A stretch of 64,000 nt of DNA from a bacterium. Its GTDB lineage: Bacteria > Patescibacteriota > Minisyncoccia > UBA6257 > 02-FULL-45-10c. A program made the translations under genes and the position numbers. How positions within the stretch are numbered: position 1 is the first letter of the stretch; each line of letters starts with the position of its first letter. The stretch covers positions 4,663 to 68,662 of the forward strand of contig JAUSKT010000012.1 in NCBI GenBank assembly GCA_030646915.1. The letters are read 5' to 3'. Below the pieces are notes generated by a model that did not search any database, had not been told where the DNA came from, and was given only the letters and a program-made list of their open reading frames with translations. Of the stretch, positions 9,963 through 18,330 are shown in pieces.

Positions 9963-10004
9963 AATTTATAATTTTATCTTTTAATTTTGACCTTTATTAA
10001 TTAT

Positions 10005-10607
10005 TTATCCTTTAACGTAACGATTATTGCCGTGATTTTTTTTATCTTTTTCAATCTCTGCCACGACTTTATCTAATAATTCTTTTACATCTTTTGAATA
10101 AACTACCCTTCCCGGTCCGCGGTGCATTCTTCCCACTATATCGCGAAGTTCGTCGGCGGTGCCCCCAGTACCCTCTAATACTCCGATTGGCTTGCCATCT
10201 TCAAAGGCAATAGTAAATTCATTTAAGGTTCCCATCCGGCCGCAAATATTTATTACCGCATCCGCAGATCGGGTCAAAAGCAAATTTCTTCCAGAATATT
10301 CAAAACCGGTGTAAACAATGACGTCGTGATAATCGGTGGGTAATTTATAAGTTTTTATATGGGCTGCTTCTGATGCCGCTGGAGAAAGGCCGATTACCAT
10401 ACCACCCTCTTCTTTTGCGCCTTTTGCCGCCCAATAAGGAATTCCAATAGTCGCGCCGGTAACAAGCACCATTCCACGACGGGCAATTTCCCGCCCCATT
10501 TCCTCCGCTTTTTCCGACGCATCAATAGCGCAATGACCTGTGTCCGCGGCTCCGGAAATGCAAATTTTATATTTTAACTGGTGCCTTCGGCTAAGTTTAG
10601 TTGCCAT
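10005..10607 (-). CDS. LOG/SLOG (TIGR00725-type) Rossmann-fold protein
   Basis: 200 aa with ICISGAADTGHC...VTGATIGIPYWAAKGAKEEGGMVIGLSP, the pattern of DprA/LOG-like SLOG proteins. Confidence 0.55.
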   Translation of the reverse strand: MATKLSRRHQLKYKICISGAADTGHCAIDASEKAEEMGREIARRGMVLVTGATIGIPYWAAKGAKEEGGMVIGLSPAASEAAHIKTYKLPTDYHDVIVYTGFEYSGRNLLLTRSADAVINICGRMGTLNEFTIAFEDGKPIGVLEGTGGTADELRDIVGRMHRGPGRVVYSKDVKELLDKVVAEIEKDKKNHGNNRYVKG

Positions 10608-10634
10608 AAATATAAATTAATTACTTATATTATA

Positions 10635-11975
10635 TCATAATTCTTGGGTTTCTCCTTCTTTTGGAATTTCAACGCGTAACGCTAAATTATCCACTATTTT
10701 TTTTGCCAAAGCAGCACTTGCTTCTTCTTCCCCATGCACGATAAAAACTTTTTTTAAACTCATCCGCATGGGCGAAAGCCACCCTAAAAGCTGCGGCTGA
10801 TCAGCATGAGCTGAATAACCTTCTACATTTACAACTCGGCAACGAACCGGCACTTCTTCACCGAAAATTTTAACAGTCTTTGCTCCATCTAAAATTTTTC
10901 TTCCCAAAGTACCATTTGCCTGATAACCAATAAATAAAATTGTGCTTTTAGAATCTGGTAAATATCTTTTTTCGTGGTGAAGTATCCGTCCGCCATTAGA
11001 CATTCCGGAACCGGCAATAATTACCTTTGGCGGCGGGACTTCGTTAATTTTTTTAGATTCCTCTGCGGTTAAAGTTTTTTTAAGTCCTGGAAAATCGAAT
11101 AACATTTCATCACTTATTAATAAATCGGATGTTTCTTTATCAAAATAGTCTGTGTATTTTTTATAAACATCAGTGATTTTAATGGCTAGCGGGCTATCTA
11201 AAAAAATGGGGATCTTCGGTATTCGGCCATTTTCTGCCAACTCATTAATCTCAAAAAGAAGTTTTTGAGTTCGTTCCATCGCAAAAGCTGGAATCATCAG
11301 CGTTCCACCCGCCCCAACAGCTTCTTCAATTAAATTTTCAATAAATCCTTCGGGGGTTGGCTTATGAAATCGATTTCCATAAGTAGATTCAATTAGCGCG
11401 TAATCAGCTTCTTCTAAAAATTCTTTATTGCCAATAATCGGGGCTGGGCTATTTCCTAAATCGCCGGAAAAAACTATTTTCTTGCCCTCAACTTCTACTA
11501 ATACACTAGAAGATCCAAGTACGTGGCCAGCGTTGTATAAAGTAATTTTAAACGGACCAATATCAGTTTTTTGGTGATACAAGACGCCCTCCCAGCGAGC
11601 CATCAATTCTTCTATTTCCCGAACGCCATAAAGCGGCGGCATTTTAGTTCTTTCTGATTCTTGCAATAAAACATGTTCTGAATCTAATAATAAAAGATTG
11701 GAAAATTCTTTAGTTGGAGGAGTAGAATAAGCTTTTCCGATAAATCCATCTTTTACTAATTTCGGCAACCGACCAGTATGGTCAATGTGAGGATGGGTTA
11801 TAAAAACTGCACTTATAGACTTTGGTTCATAAGAAAAGGGGTCCCAATTATGATGGCTGGAAAAATGTCCGCCCTGTCGCAAACCGCAATCAATTAAAAT
11901 TTTCGTACTGCCGCTTTCTAATAAATAATTGGAGCCGGTCACCTCTCCAGCGCCTCCGCAAAAAGTTAAACGCAT
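10635..11975 (-). CDS. Beta-CASP metallo-beta-lactamase nuclease (CPSF/RNase J-like)
   Basis: 446 aa with the MBL motif THPHIDHTG, a beta-CASP region and C-terminal SAHADQ...VHGE motifs. Confidence 0.85.
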   Translation of the reverse strand: MRLTFCGGAGEVTGSNYLLESGSTKILIDCGLRQGGHFSSHHNWDPFSYEPKSISAVFITHPHIDHTGRLPKLVKDGFIGKAYSTPPTKEFSNLLLLDSEHVLLQESERTKMPPLYGVREIEELMARWEGVLYHQKTDIGPFKITLYNAGHVLGSSSVLVEVEGKKIVFSGDLGNSPAPIIGNKEFLEEADYALIESTYGNRFHKPTPEGFIENLIEEAVGAGGTLMIPAFAMERTQKLLFEINELAENGRIPKIPIFLDSPLAIKITDVYKKYTDYFDKETSDLLISDEMLFDFPGLKKTLTAEESKKINEVPPPKVIIAGSGMSNGGRILHHEKRYLPDSKSTILFIGYQANGTLGRKILDGAKTVKIFGEEVPVRCRVVNVEGYSAHADQPQLLGWLSPMRMSLKKVFIVHGEEEASAALAKKIVDNLALRVEIPKEGETQEL

Positions 11976-12026
11976 AAAATCATCTTAATTATATACAAAA
12001 ACAAGCTATAGCGATATAATTAAAAA

Positions 12027-12698
12027 ATGTTAAAAGAATCCTTTAAAGAAGGCGGTCAAAAAGAAAATAAGGCTGCCAACCTCCTAAAAACACTGGCAAT
12101 GTCGTTTGCCTTAGCTATGGGAGGAATAGCAGAGACTGGATTTGCAAAAGAACCAAAGGTGGAGAAACTTCAAGAATCAGTTATTAAAATAGAAACTCTT
12201 GTTAAAAAATCTCCTGATAAAAATGGGGAGAAATGGCTGAATGGAAAATCCATAGGAAAAGCTTATGAAAAAACTATTGGGGATTTTAATTTAGAATTAG
12301 AAAAACGTGGCCTATTTATTAAGGTTGATCTTACCAAAGATGATAAACCCCTAACTCAATTTTATTTTGACGAGGGAGGAGATGGTACCCTTGATGCGCT
12401 GGTTTCTATAAATAGGGAAATAAAATCTATTGGTCAAAGCGAAAATTTTAAAATAGATCTGACAGAAAAAGATTTTGACGTGCTTCAACAAAGAATGGAA
12501 TTAGAAAATATTAACCCTTCAAAAACCGTGCTTCAATATTTATTTTTTGACCACAATAAAAAAGAGGCTACAATGATAAATTCTCAAGAAGATAAGGTAA
12601 TTAAAGTTTCTAATCCAAAAATCCTTATAGAACACGCACAACAGCTCTATGGAACAGTTTTGAATGAGGTTTTAAAAGAATCTGAAAAGGGGAAATAA
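12027..12698 (+). CDS. Hypothetical secreted protein
   Basis: 223-aa ORF with an N-terminal hydrophobic signal-like segment. Confidence 0.5.
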   Translation: MLKESFKEGGQKENKAANLLKTLAMSFALAMGGIAETGFAKEPKVEKLQESVIKIETLVKKSPDKNGEKWLNGKSIGKAYEKTIGDFNLELEKRGLFIKVDLTKDDKPLTQFYFDEGGDGTLDALVSINREIKSIGQSENFKIDLTEKDFDVLQQRMELENINPSKTVLQYLFFDHNKKEATMINSQEDKVIKVSNPKILIEHAQQLYGTVLNEVLKESEKGK

Positions 12699-12702
12699 AA
12701 AA

Positions 12703-12880
12703 TCTAACCAAGCGAGCTATATCCTTTAAGCGAATATTGCGTAGCGATAGTTACAGAATAATGAGCGAGTAAGAAAAATTCCGGGTGCCCAGGAGGAACG
12801 ACTAGGGCGGAATTTTTCTGTTAAACGAGTGAATATATTTTGTTTATCGCGAAGCAGCTATGAGTGAAAAGGATATAACG
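12703..12880. repeat. About 180-nt structured hairpin repeat (copy 1 of 2) at a convergent gene junction
   Basis: Nested stems: agaaaaattccg/cggaatttttct, gcgtagcgata/tatcgcgaagc and ctatatccttt/aaaggatata around a GC-rich loop cccaggaggaacgactaggg. Homologous to the reverse complement of 51841-52013. Confidence 0.7.
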
Positions 12881-12882
12881 AG

Positions 12883-14097
12883 CTAAATCTCTATTCTCTC
12901 ATTATTCAAAATCTTCATAACAATTTCACGCTCATTCCAAGAGATTTTCTTTCCGCCCGCGACCCGCATAAACGGTTCTGATCCTTTTCCGGTAATAATT
13001 ACTGTGTCGTCTTTTTTGGCAATTTTAATTGCCGCGCGGATGGCTTCTTTCCTGTCTAAAATCTTTTTTACTTTTTTTCTTCCATCGCCCATTATTCCGG
13101 CTTCAATTTGATTTAAAATTTCCCCAGGATCTTCGTCAAATGGATCCTCATTAGTTAAAATTATCTGATCGCAATATTTAGCGGCAATTTCTCCCATTAC
13201 GGGGCGCTTCCACATATCCCGCCCGCCGCCCGCCGCTCCCAAAACACATAATAACCTTTGGCTCCCAGCCTTTGACTTTTTACTTTTCAATGTCTGATAA
13301 ACCTTTTCCAAAGAATCCGGTGTATGCGCATAATCAATAATTACTGAAAAAGGAATTTTCTGGATAAACTCTAATCTTCCGGGAACGCCGTCAAAGCTCT
13401 CTATTGAATTTTTAATAGTATCCCAATCAATGTTTCTCGCCCTGGCAAAAGCAACTGCGGCGGCAATATTTTCCAAATTAAACTCACCTAAGAGCTTGGT
13501 CTTAATTTTAATTTTAGAAACATCTTTCCTGCTATAAGGAAGATAGTGGCCGAATCCCTTGATGACTTGAAAAAAATAATCATGATCCTTTGCGTCTTTA
13601 TTAATAAAAAATAGTTTTGGGTTTTTATGGGAATTATGGGCAACATTCTCAAAAAAACTGGATTTACTTTTACGATAATTCTCAAAGGATCCATGAGCTT
13701 CAATATGTTCTGCCTCTAAATTAGTGAATAGCGCAGAATTAAAATCAATAAATTTATGCCGATGCTGCAGAATTCCCTGGGAAGTAACCTCAATTAAAAT
13801 ATAATCACAATCCTTTTCTACTGCCTCTCGCATAAAACGCTGAATAAAAAATCTTCCCGGCATCGTCATTCCGGTCAAATTCGGACGGTTAAAATTATCT
13901 ACCTTAAGGCGAACCGAAGAAATTAAAGCGGTTTTTTTGCCAGCAGCTTCCAAAATCGCATTAATTAATTCTAAAACTGTTGATTTGCCTTTTGTTCCGG
14001 TAACTCCTAAAACAAAAATTTCCTTGGAGGGATTCCGATAAATTAAACTTCCCAGCCAGGCCAATAAATAATGATACAAGGAGCGGAGTCGTATCAT
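12883..14097 (-). CDS. Mur ligase family protein (MurE-like, lacking the N-terminal domain)
   Basis: 404 aa with the P-loop GVTGTKGKST, a Mur ligase central domain and a C-terminal domain (DYAHTPDS). Confidence 0.75.
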   Translation of the reverse strand: MIRLRSLYHYLLAWLGSLIYRNPSKEIFVLGVTGTKGKSTVLELINAILEAAGKKTALISSVRLKVDNFNRPNLTGMTMPGRFFIQRFMREAVEKDCDYILIEVTSQGILQHRHKFIDFNSALFTNLEAEHIEAHGSFENYRKSKSSFFENVAHNSHKNPKLFFINKDAKDHDYFFQVIKGFGHYLPYSRKDVSKIKIKTKLLGEFNLENIAAAVAFARARNIDWDTIKNSIESFDGVPGRLEFIQKIPFSVIIDYAHTPDSLEKVYQTLKSKKSKAGSQRLLCVLGAAGGGRDMWKRPVMGEIAAKYCDQIILTNEDPFDEDPGEILNQIEAGIMGDGRKKVKKILDRKEAIRAAIKIAKKDDTVIITGKGSEPFMRVAGGKKISWNEREIVMKILNNERIEI

Positions 14098-14669
14098 GAT
14101 TTTAATATTTTTAAAGCGGTTTTAATTCGATCTTCCATTTTATTTATTTTTGCGTCAACTTTGCCAAGTGCCTCTTTAGCTTGACCCTTTGTATATCCTA
14201 AATTAGAAAGCGCTTCAACGATATCATGATCTGATTCCATTAAGCCGACAATTTTCCCGGAATCTTCTTGGGTCATTTTAGTACGCAATTCCAAGACAAC
14301 TCTTTCCGCGATTTTCTTGCCAATTCCAGAAGCCCTTGTTAAAAGCTCGGAGCGGCCCTCGCTGATTGCCGCTTTTAATTTTTCCGGCTTTTCTATGCCT
14401 AAAATTCCAAGAGCGGATTTCGGCCCTACTCCGGAAACGCTAATTAGCAGTTCAAAAAGTTTAAGCTCATCTTCATTTAAAAAACCGTATAATTCCAGCG
14501 CATCTTCCCGAACATGAAGATAAGTAAAAATATTAACCATTTCACCGGCTTGCGGCAAACTCTTCAAAACATTAAGAGATGATTTGATCTTAAAAGCCAA
14601 ACCATTTAAATCTACGACAAAAAAGTTTTCTTTTTTTGTTATTAATTTTCCTTTAATCGAATAAATCAT
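14094..14669 (-). CDS. ruvA: Holliday junction helicase subunit RuvA
   Basis: Canonical N-terminus MIYSIKGKL and HhH motifs (GVGPKSALGIL, GIGKKIAERV). The start was moved from track position 14720 to the internal Met at 14669. Confidence 0.85.
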   Translation of the reverse strand: MIYSIKGKLITKKENFFVVDLNGLAFKIKSSLNVLKSLPQAGEMVNIFTYLHVREDALELYGFLNEDELKLFELLISVSGVGPKSALGILGIEKPEKLKAAISEGRSELLTRASGIGKKIAERVVLELRTKMTQEDSGKIVGLMESDHDIVEALSNLGYTKGQAKEALGKVDAKINKMEDRIKTALKILKS

Positions 14670-14700
14670 TATTTTAAGTATAAGCCAAAGCATAAAAATA

Positions 14701-14738
14701 AGAAAAAAAGACCCCGACAAGTTTTACCTTGTCGGGGT
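14701..14738 (-). terminator. Rho-independent terminator of the GC-rich gene 14750-15289
   Basis: Hairpin accccgacaag/cttgtcggggt followed on the minus strand by a T-run. Confidence 0.7.
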
Positions 14739-14749
14739 TTGTTCCCGCC

Positions 14750-15289
14750 TTAAGCGGCGAGGGTTGCTTCGGGCTGGCTCACGGGCGCCGGCTCCTTCAC
14801 TGGCAATGCTTTGCCAGCGAGCTCCATCACTTCTTTGATGCGCGGAGCCCGGCCTTCTACGGCATCGATTTCGAGCTCGCTGAGCGCTGAGGTTCCCCGG
14901 CAACCCATCTTGTCGAGAACCTCTGCCATCTGCTTGCCGCGCCTGTAAGGAAGTTTGGGGTCTTTATGGGAGGAATATCCTTCCAGATATTTATCCATAA
15001 GGTCAGCCAAATATTCCTTAGAATTCTCGCTTCTGGCCTTATCCAGAAACGGCGCGACCCACCCTTCGCCCATCAAGGCAAAAAGGGTTTCAGTTCCCTC
15101 CTTGCCGTCATCATCCATGACGAGCGCCAAGCGGGCAGCTTCCAAAAAACCCTGATTCCGGATCGACTGAGTCAGAATATGCGCCCCTGTCTTGGTTATG
15201 GACTGGTGATCCTTGTTGCCGATGCCCTTGGACTTTTCGTTGCCCTTCTTTTTTTCCTCGTCACCTTTCTTCTTCTTTTTTCTTCCCAT
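14750..15289 (-). CDS. Hypothetical protein with Lys-rich N-terminus, in a GC-rich cassette
   Basis: 179-aa ORF with TAGGAGG upstream of the ATG, its own TTGACA-17-TAAAAT promoter and a terminator. It is visibly GC-richer than its surroundings. Confidence 0.65.
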   Translation of the reverse strand: MGRKKKKKGDEEKKKGNEKSKGIGNKDHQSITKTGAHILTQSIRNQGFLEAARLALVMDDDGKEGTETLFALMGEGWVAPFLDKARSENSKEYLADLMDKYLEGYSSHKDPKLPYRRGKQMAEVLDKMGCRGTSALSELEIDAVEGRAPRIKEVMELAGKALPVKEPAPVSQPEATLAA

Positions 15290-15333
15290 GACAGCCTCCT
15301 ATAAGCGAGTTTAAAGTCTAAGCTTCTAGATAT

Positions 15334-15362
15334 ATTTTACACTATAAATTGCTATTTGTCAA
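15334..15362 (-). promoter_or_regulatory. Sigma70-type promoter for 14750-15289
   Basis: On the minus strand: TTGACA (15357-15362), 17-nt spacer, TAAAAT (15334-15339). Confidence 0.55.
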
Positions 15363-15368
15363 TACTTG

Positions 15369-15418
15369 TCCCGTTAGAGGCAGAGGCGCGCTGCGTGTCC
15401 TCGTGGCCTCTAACGGGA
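15369..15418. mobile_element. TIR element, short GC-rich form (50 nt), intergenic between divergent promoters
   Basis: tcccgttagaggcagaggcgcgctgcgtgtcctcgtggcctctaacggga, flanked by TTG on both sides. The right-hand TTG is part of the rpsT -35 hexamer. Confidence 0.8.
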
Positions 15419-15447
15419 TTGACACCAACCTATAAAAGTAATAAAAT
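15419..15447 (+). promoter_or_regulatory. Sigma70-type promoter for rpsT (near-leaderless)
   Basis: TTGACA (15419-15424), 17-nt spacer, TAAAAT (15442-15447). The ATG lies at 15458. Confidence 0.55.
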
Positions 15448-15457
15448 AATAAATACT

Positions 15458-15715
15458 ATGATTACTAAATCTGCAAAAAAGGCTTACCGCCAGAACCTCC
15501 GAAGAAACGCGAGAAACCTTCAAGTAAAAAGCGCGCTTCAAAAGGTTTTAAAAAATTACAAAAAATTAGTCTTGGATAAAAAATTTGACGCCGCCAAGGG
15601 AGAACTTTCAAAAGTTTACCAGGCACTTGATAAAACCGCTAAAGCGGGAGTAATCAAAAAAAATAAAGCGTCTCGCTTAAAATCTCGATTAACTGCCCTA
15701 GTCAATAAAAAATAA
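15458..15715 (+). CDS. rpsT: 30S ribosomal protein S20
   Basis: MITKSAKKAYRQNLRRNARNLQVKS... is a typical S20. The track ORF start at 15356 reads through the repeat element and was rejected. Confidence 0.9.
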   Translation: MITKSAKKAYRQNLRRNARNLQVKSALQKVLKNYKKLVLDKKFDAAKGELSKVYQALDKTAKAGVIKKNKASRLKSRLTALVNKK

Positions 15716-15735
15716 TCCATAAATGGATTATTTTT

Positions 15736-16530
15736 TTAAAGAGACAGTTCTAAAAGGACTTCTTCATATTCCAATTTTCCAGATTTTATTGAGGCGTCGT
15801 AATCAGCAATTCTTTTTTTCCAATCAGCATCTGCGTAAGGAGAAACTGCCAGAATATTAAAAATCATTGCCGGGTCGCCGCTTTCTAATAACTTTTCTAA
15901 AATAGCCAGTCTTTGTCCGATATTTTCAGAATTCCTCATCTGGGGAATAAGGTAAAAAATATTAATCGGCAACGATGCATTAAGATGGTTTTCTAAAATT
16001 GCTTTGGTTATTTTCTTTTCGTCCAATAAAGAAAGTTTATCCAGTTCAGTAATTAATCCCCAGCTGTCGTTCCCATAAATTTGGGCTAATAAATTTTGGC
16101 TTTCTCTATCTAAAGATAATTTTCTTGCTTCGGATTCTTTTTCTAAAAAATTTTCTAGTTCTGCTCCGGTTAAATTTTCAAATTCCCAAACTACAACTGG
16201 TTTTTTTAAAAGAAAATTAAAATCTTTGGTCGGTTTTTTATCTTCGCTAATTATTAGAGTTAGGTCTTTGGATTCCAAGTTTTCCTTTAAAATTTCAATC
16301 ATTTCCTTTTTACTTTCCGCGTCTCCGATATTAAAAAGCATACCCAATTTAGAACTTTCAAAAAGCGATTTAGACCGGGAAAAATCTTTAAATTTAGCCC
16401 AATCCTCTTCCTGGCCAAAATCAAAATTGCTTAAAGAAAATGCTTCGTATTTCGCTTTATATCTCTCAATGTATTCTTTTAATTTTTGGCTACGCCGATA
16501 AGAATCGGATCCATATAAAAATATGATCAT
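15736..16530 (-). CDS. DNA polymerase III delta subunit-like protein
   Basis: 264 aa with an N-terminal MIIFLYGSDSYRRSQKL pattern and a helical C-terminus, typical of short HolA-like proteins. Confidence 0.5.
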   Translation of the reverse strand: MIIFLYGSDSYRRSQKLKEYIERYKAKYEAFSLSNFDFGQEEDWAKFKDFSRSKSLFESSKLGMLFNIGDAESKKEMIEILKENLESKDLTLIISEDKKPTKDFNFLLKKPVVVWEFENLTGAELENFLEKESEARKLSLDRESQNLLAQIYGNDSWGLITELDKLSLLDEKKITKAILENHLNASLPINIFYLIPQMRNSENIGQRLAILEKLLESGDPAMIFNILAVSPYADADWKKRIADYDASIKSGKLEYEEVLLELSL

Positions 16531-16570
16531 TTTATTTCAGTATATTACTTTTCAAAAAAGAAAAACACCG

Positions 16571-17296
16571 TTAAGGTGTTTTTTTATCTGGATTTTCTTT
16601 TTTTAATTCTTTGCCTAATTTAGTTTCGGAAATTAATTCTGTACAAAACTCGCAGCTAAGAACGTGCTTTTTGACATCATCTTCCAAATGATAATCGGGG
16701 TTGTTTTCAATTTCTTCTAATTCATGTGGGAGAAGACATTCGTCTATTGGAAATTTTGATGAATGTTTTTTTATTTCCTTTATTATGTCTGGAGGCAATC
16801 CTAATTCCCTAATCGATCTGAGCCTCAACATTCGCCCCAATTCATCTGGGGTGTGATAGGCTACAACCGATTTTATCACCAATAAAAGTTTCTCATGAGA
16901 TGCGGGCTGATATCTTTCTACTTCTTTTTTAATCTCTGCAAGAGCCAGCTCAAAGGCGATTCTCATATCATTAGGAGAAACAACTTTTACTTCCTGATGC
17001 TTAACAGATTCTAAGGCAATCAAATCCACTAAATTACTTAATTCTCTGAATAAAAGGCGGCTATATTCTAGAGATTCAGAACTATAACCGACAACGTCAC
17101 TGGCTGTCTTTTTTTCTTTTTTTACAAGAAAACTTAGAACGATATGAGCTAGAGAAAAATATATGATAACTACAATAATAGCAGCTAAAAATCCGGCCAA
17201 AGAAGCACTTAGATTTGAATAAGTAATAGTGAAAGCAGTCAACAAAAACGCAACAGCTACAAAAATTGTACCCTTCATTCTATTTCCAATTTTCAA
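16571..17296 (-). CDS. Hypothetical membrane-anchored protein
   Basis: 241-aa ORF with two N-terminal TM helices. A terminator hairpin overlaps its stop (about 16559-16585). Confidence 0.5.
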   Translation of the reverse strand: MKIGNRMKGTIFVAVAFLLTAFTITYSNLSASLAGFLAAIIVVIIYFSLAHIVLSFLVKKEKKTASDVVGYSSESLEYSRLLFRELSNLVDLIALESVKHQEVKVVSPNDMRIAFELALAEIKKEVERYQPASHEKLLLVIKSVVAYHTPDELGRMLRLRSIRELGLPPDIIKEIKKHSSKFPIDECLLPHELEEIENNPDYHLEDDVKKHVLSCEFCTELISETKLGKELKKENPDKKTP

Positions 17297-17343
17297 CTAA
17301 TCTACTCTAGATAATAGATTTATCTAAGATGATTGTCAATAAT

Positions 17344-18327
17344 TTATAGCTTCTGGCACTTTGGGCAAAAATGCGCAGAACGCCCACCCAACTTTACCCG
17401 AACGATAGCCGTTTTGCATCTTCGGCAAGGCTCATCCTCGCGCTGATAAACTAGACGATAATCCGCATATCCCCCCTCTTTTCCCGAAGTATCCCGATAA
17501 TCGCTATAAGAAGTGCCGCGCAATTTCAAGGCCTTTTCCAAAACTTTTCGTATTGCCTTATACAAACTTCCTAATTCCTGATTCCCCAACTTATTCGCCG
17601 GCTTGAATGGATGGATTTTCGCAGCCCATAAAATATCGTCAGAATAAATATTTCCGATTCCCGCAATAACTTCCGGATCCATTAAAACTTGCTTGATTTT
17701 GCGACGCTCGGACTTTATTAATTTTACAAACTCCGCGAATTTGAAACTTGGGTCTAATGGTTCCGGCCCCAAATTTTTTATCTCCGGCAAATTTTCAATC
17801 TGTTCTTTGGTGCCTAAAAGGGCTTTGGCAAATTTACGAAGATCAGAAAGCGCCAACATTGCACCATCATCCACCCCGTTAGAAGCCGCCCTCGCTTTTA
17901 GCGAGTGGCTACGGCCACCTTGGGGCGACCTGCTTCTAACGGGGTCAAGATAAAAAATTAAATGAATATATTGATTATAAGGATCCTCAACTACTTCTTT
18001 CGGCTCAAGCGGAATAGTTTTTTTGCCCACGACTTTCCACTTGCCAATTAGCAGATGCCCGGTCATTTTCAAATGAATCAGCAATAAAAAATCACCGCTT
18101 AAATAAATTAAAATATTTTTTGCCCGGCGGACTACTTTTAAAATTTTCTTTCCTTTAATTACTTTTTCAAAAATCGCCACGTGCTTATGGGCTATTTTAT
18201 TTTTCTGCTGGTCAAGCGGGTCTTTGAGCATTTTCGGCCAATCAAACCAAACGCCGACTATTCGTCGGCCAACTACTTTCTTATTCAGATCATTAACTAT
18301 GGTTTGTACTTCTGGAAGCTCTGGCAT
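17344..18327 (-). CDS. mutM: Formamidopyrimidine-DNA glycosylase (Fpg/MutM) with an in-frame repeat insertion
   Basis: N-terminal MPELPEVQT, H2TH region and C-terminal Zn finger CRRCKTAI...CPKCQ. A 23-codon GC-rich insert lies at 17875-17943. Confidence 0.9.
   Translation of the reverse strand: MPELPEVQTIVNDLNKKVVGRRIVGVWFDWPKMLKDPLDQQKNKIAHKHVAIFEKVIKGKKILKVVRRAKNILIYLSGDFLLLIHLKMTGHLLIGKWKVVGKKTIPLEPKEVVEDPYNQYIHLIFYLDPVRSRSPQGGRSHSLKARAASNGVDDGAMLALSDLRKFAKALLGTKEQIENLPEIKNLGPEPLDPSFKFAEFVKLIKSERRKIKQVLMDPEVIAGIGNIYSDDILWAAKIHPFKPANKLGNQELGSLYKAIRKVLEKALKLRGTSYSDYRDTSGKEGGYADYRLVYQREDEPCRRCKTAIVRVKLGGRSAHFCPKCQKL
17874..17944 (-). mobile_element. TIR element, short GC-rich form (71 nt), in frame inside mutM
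   Basis: ccccgttagaagc...gcttctaacgggg, translated as PVRSRSPQGGRSHSLKARAASNG. Flanks are TTGA/TGGA (gene sense). Confidence 0.75.
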
Positions 18328-18330
18328 ATT

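Noticed and set aside
15356-15457. N-terminal extension of the rpsT ORF (MSILVPLEAEARCVSSWPLTGL...).
   Set aside because: The extension is the read-through of the 50-nt repeat element and the promoter. S20 homology starts at MITKSAKK (15458).
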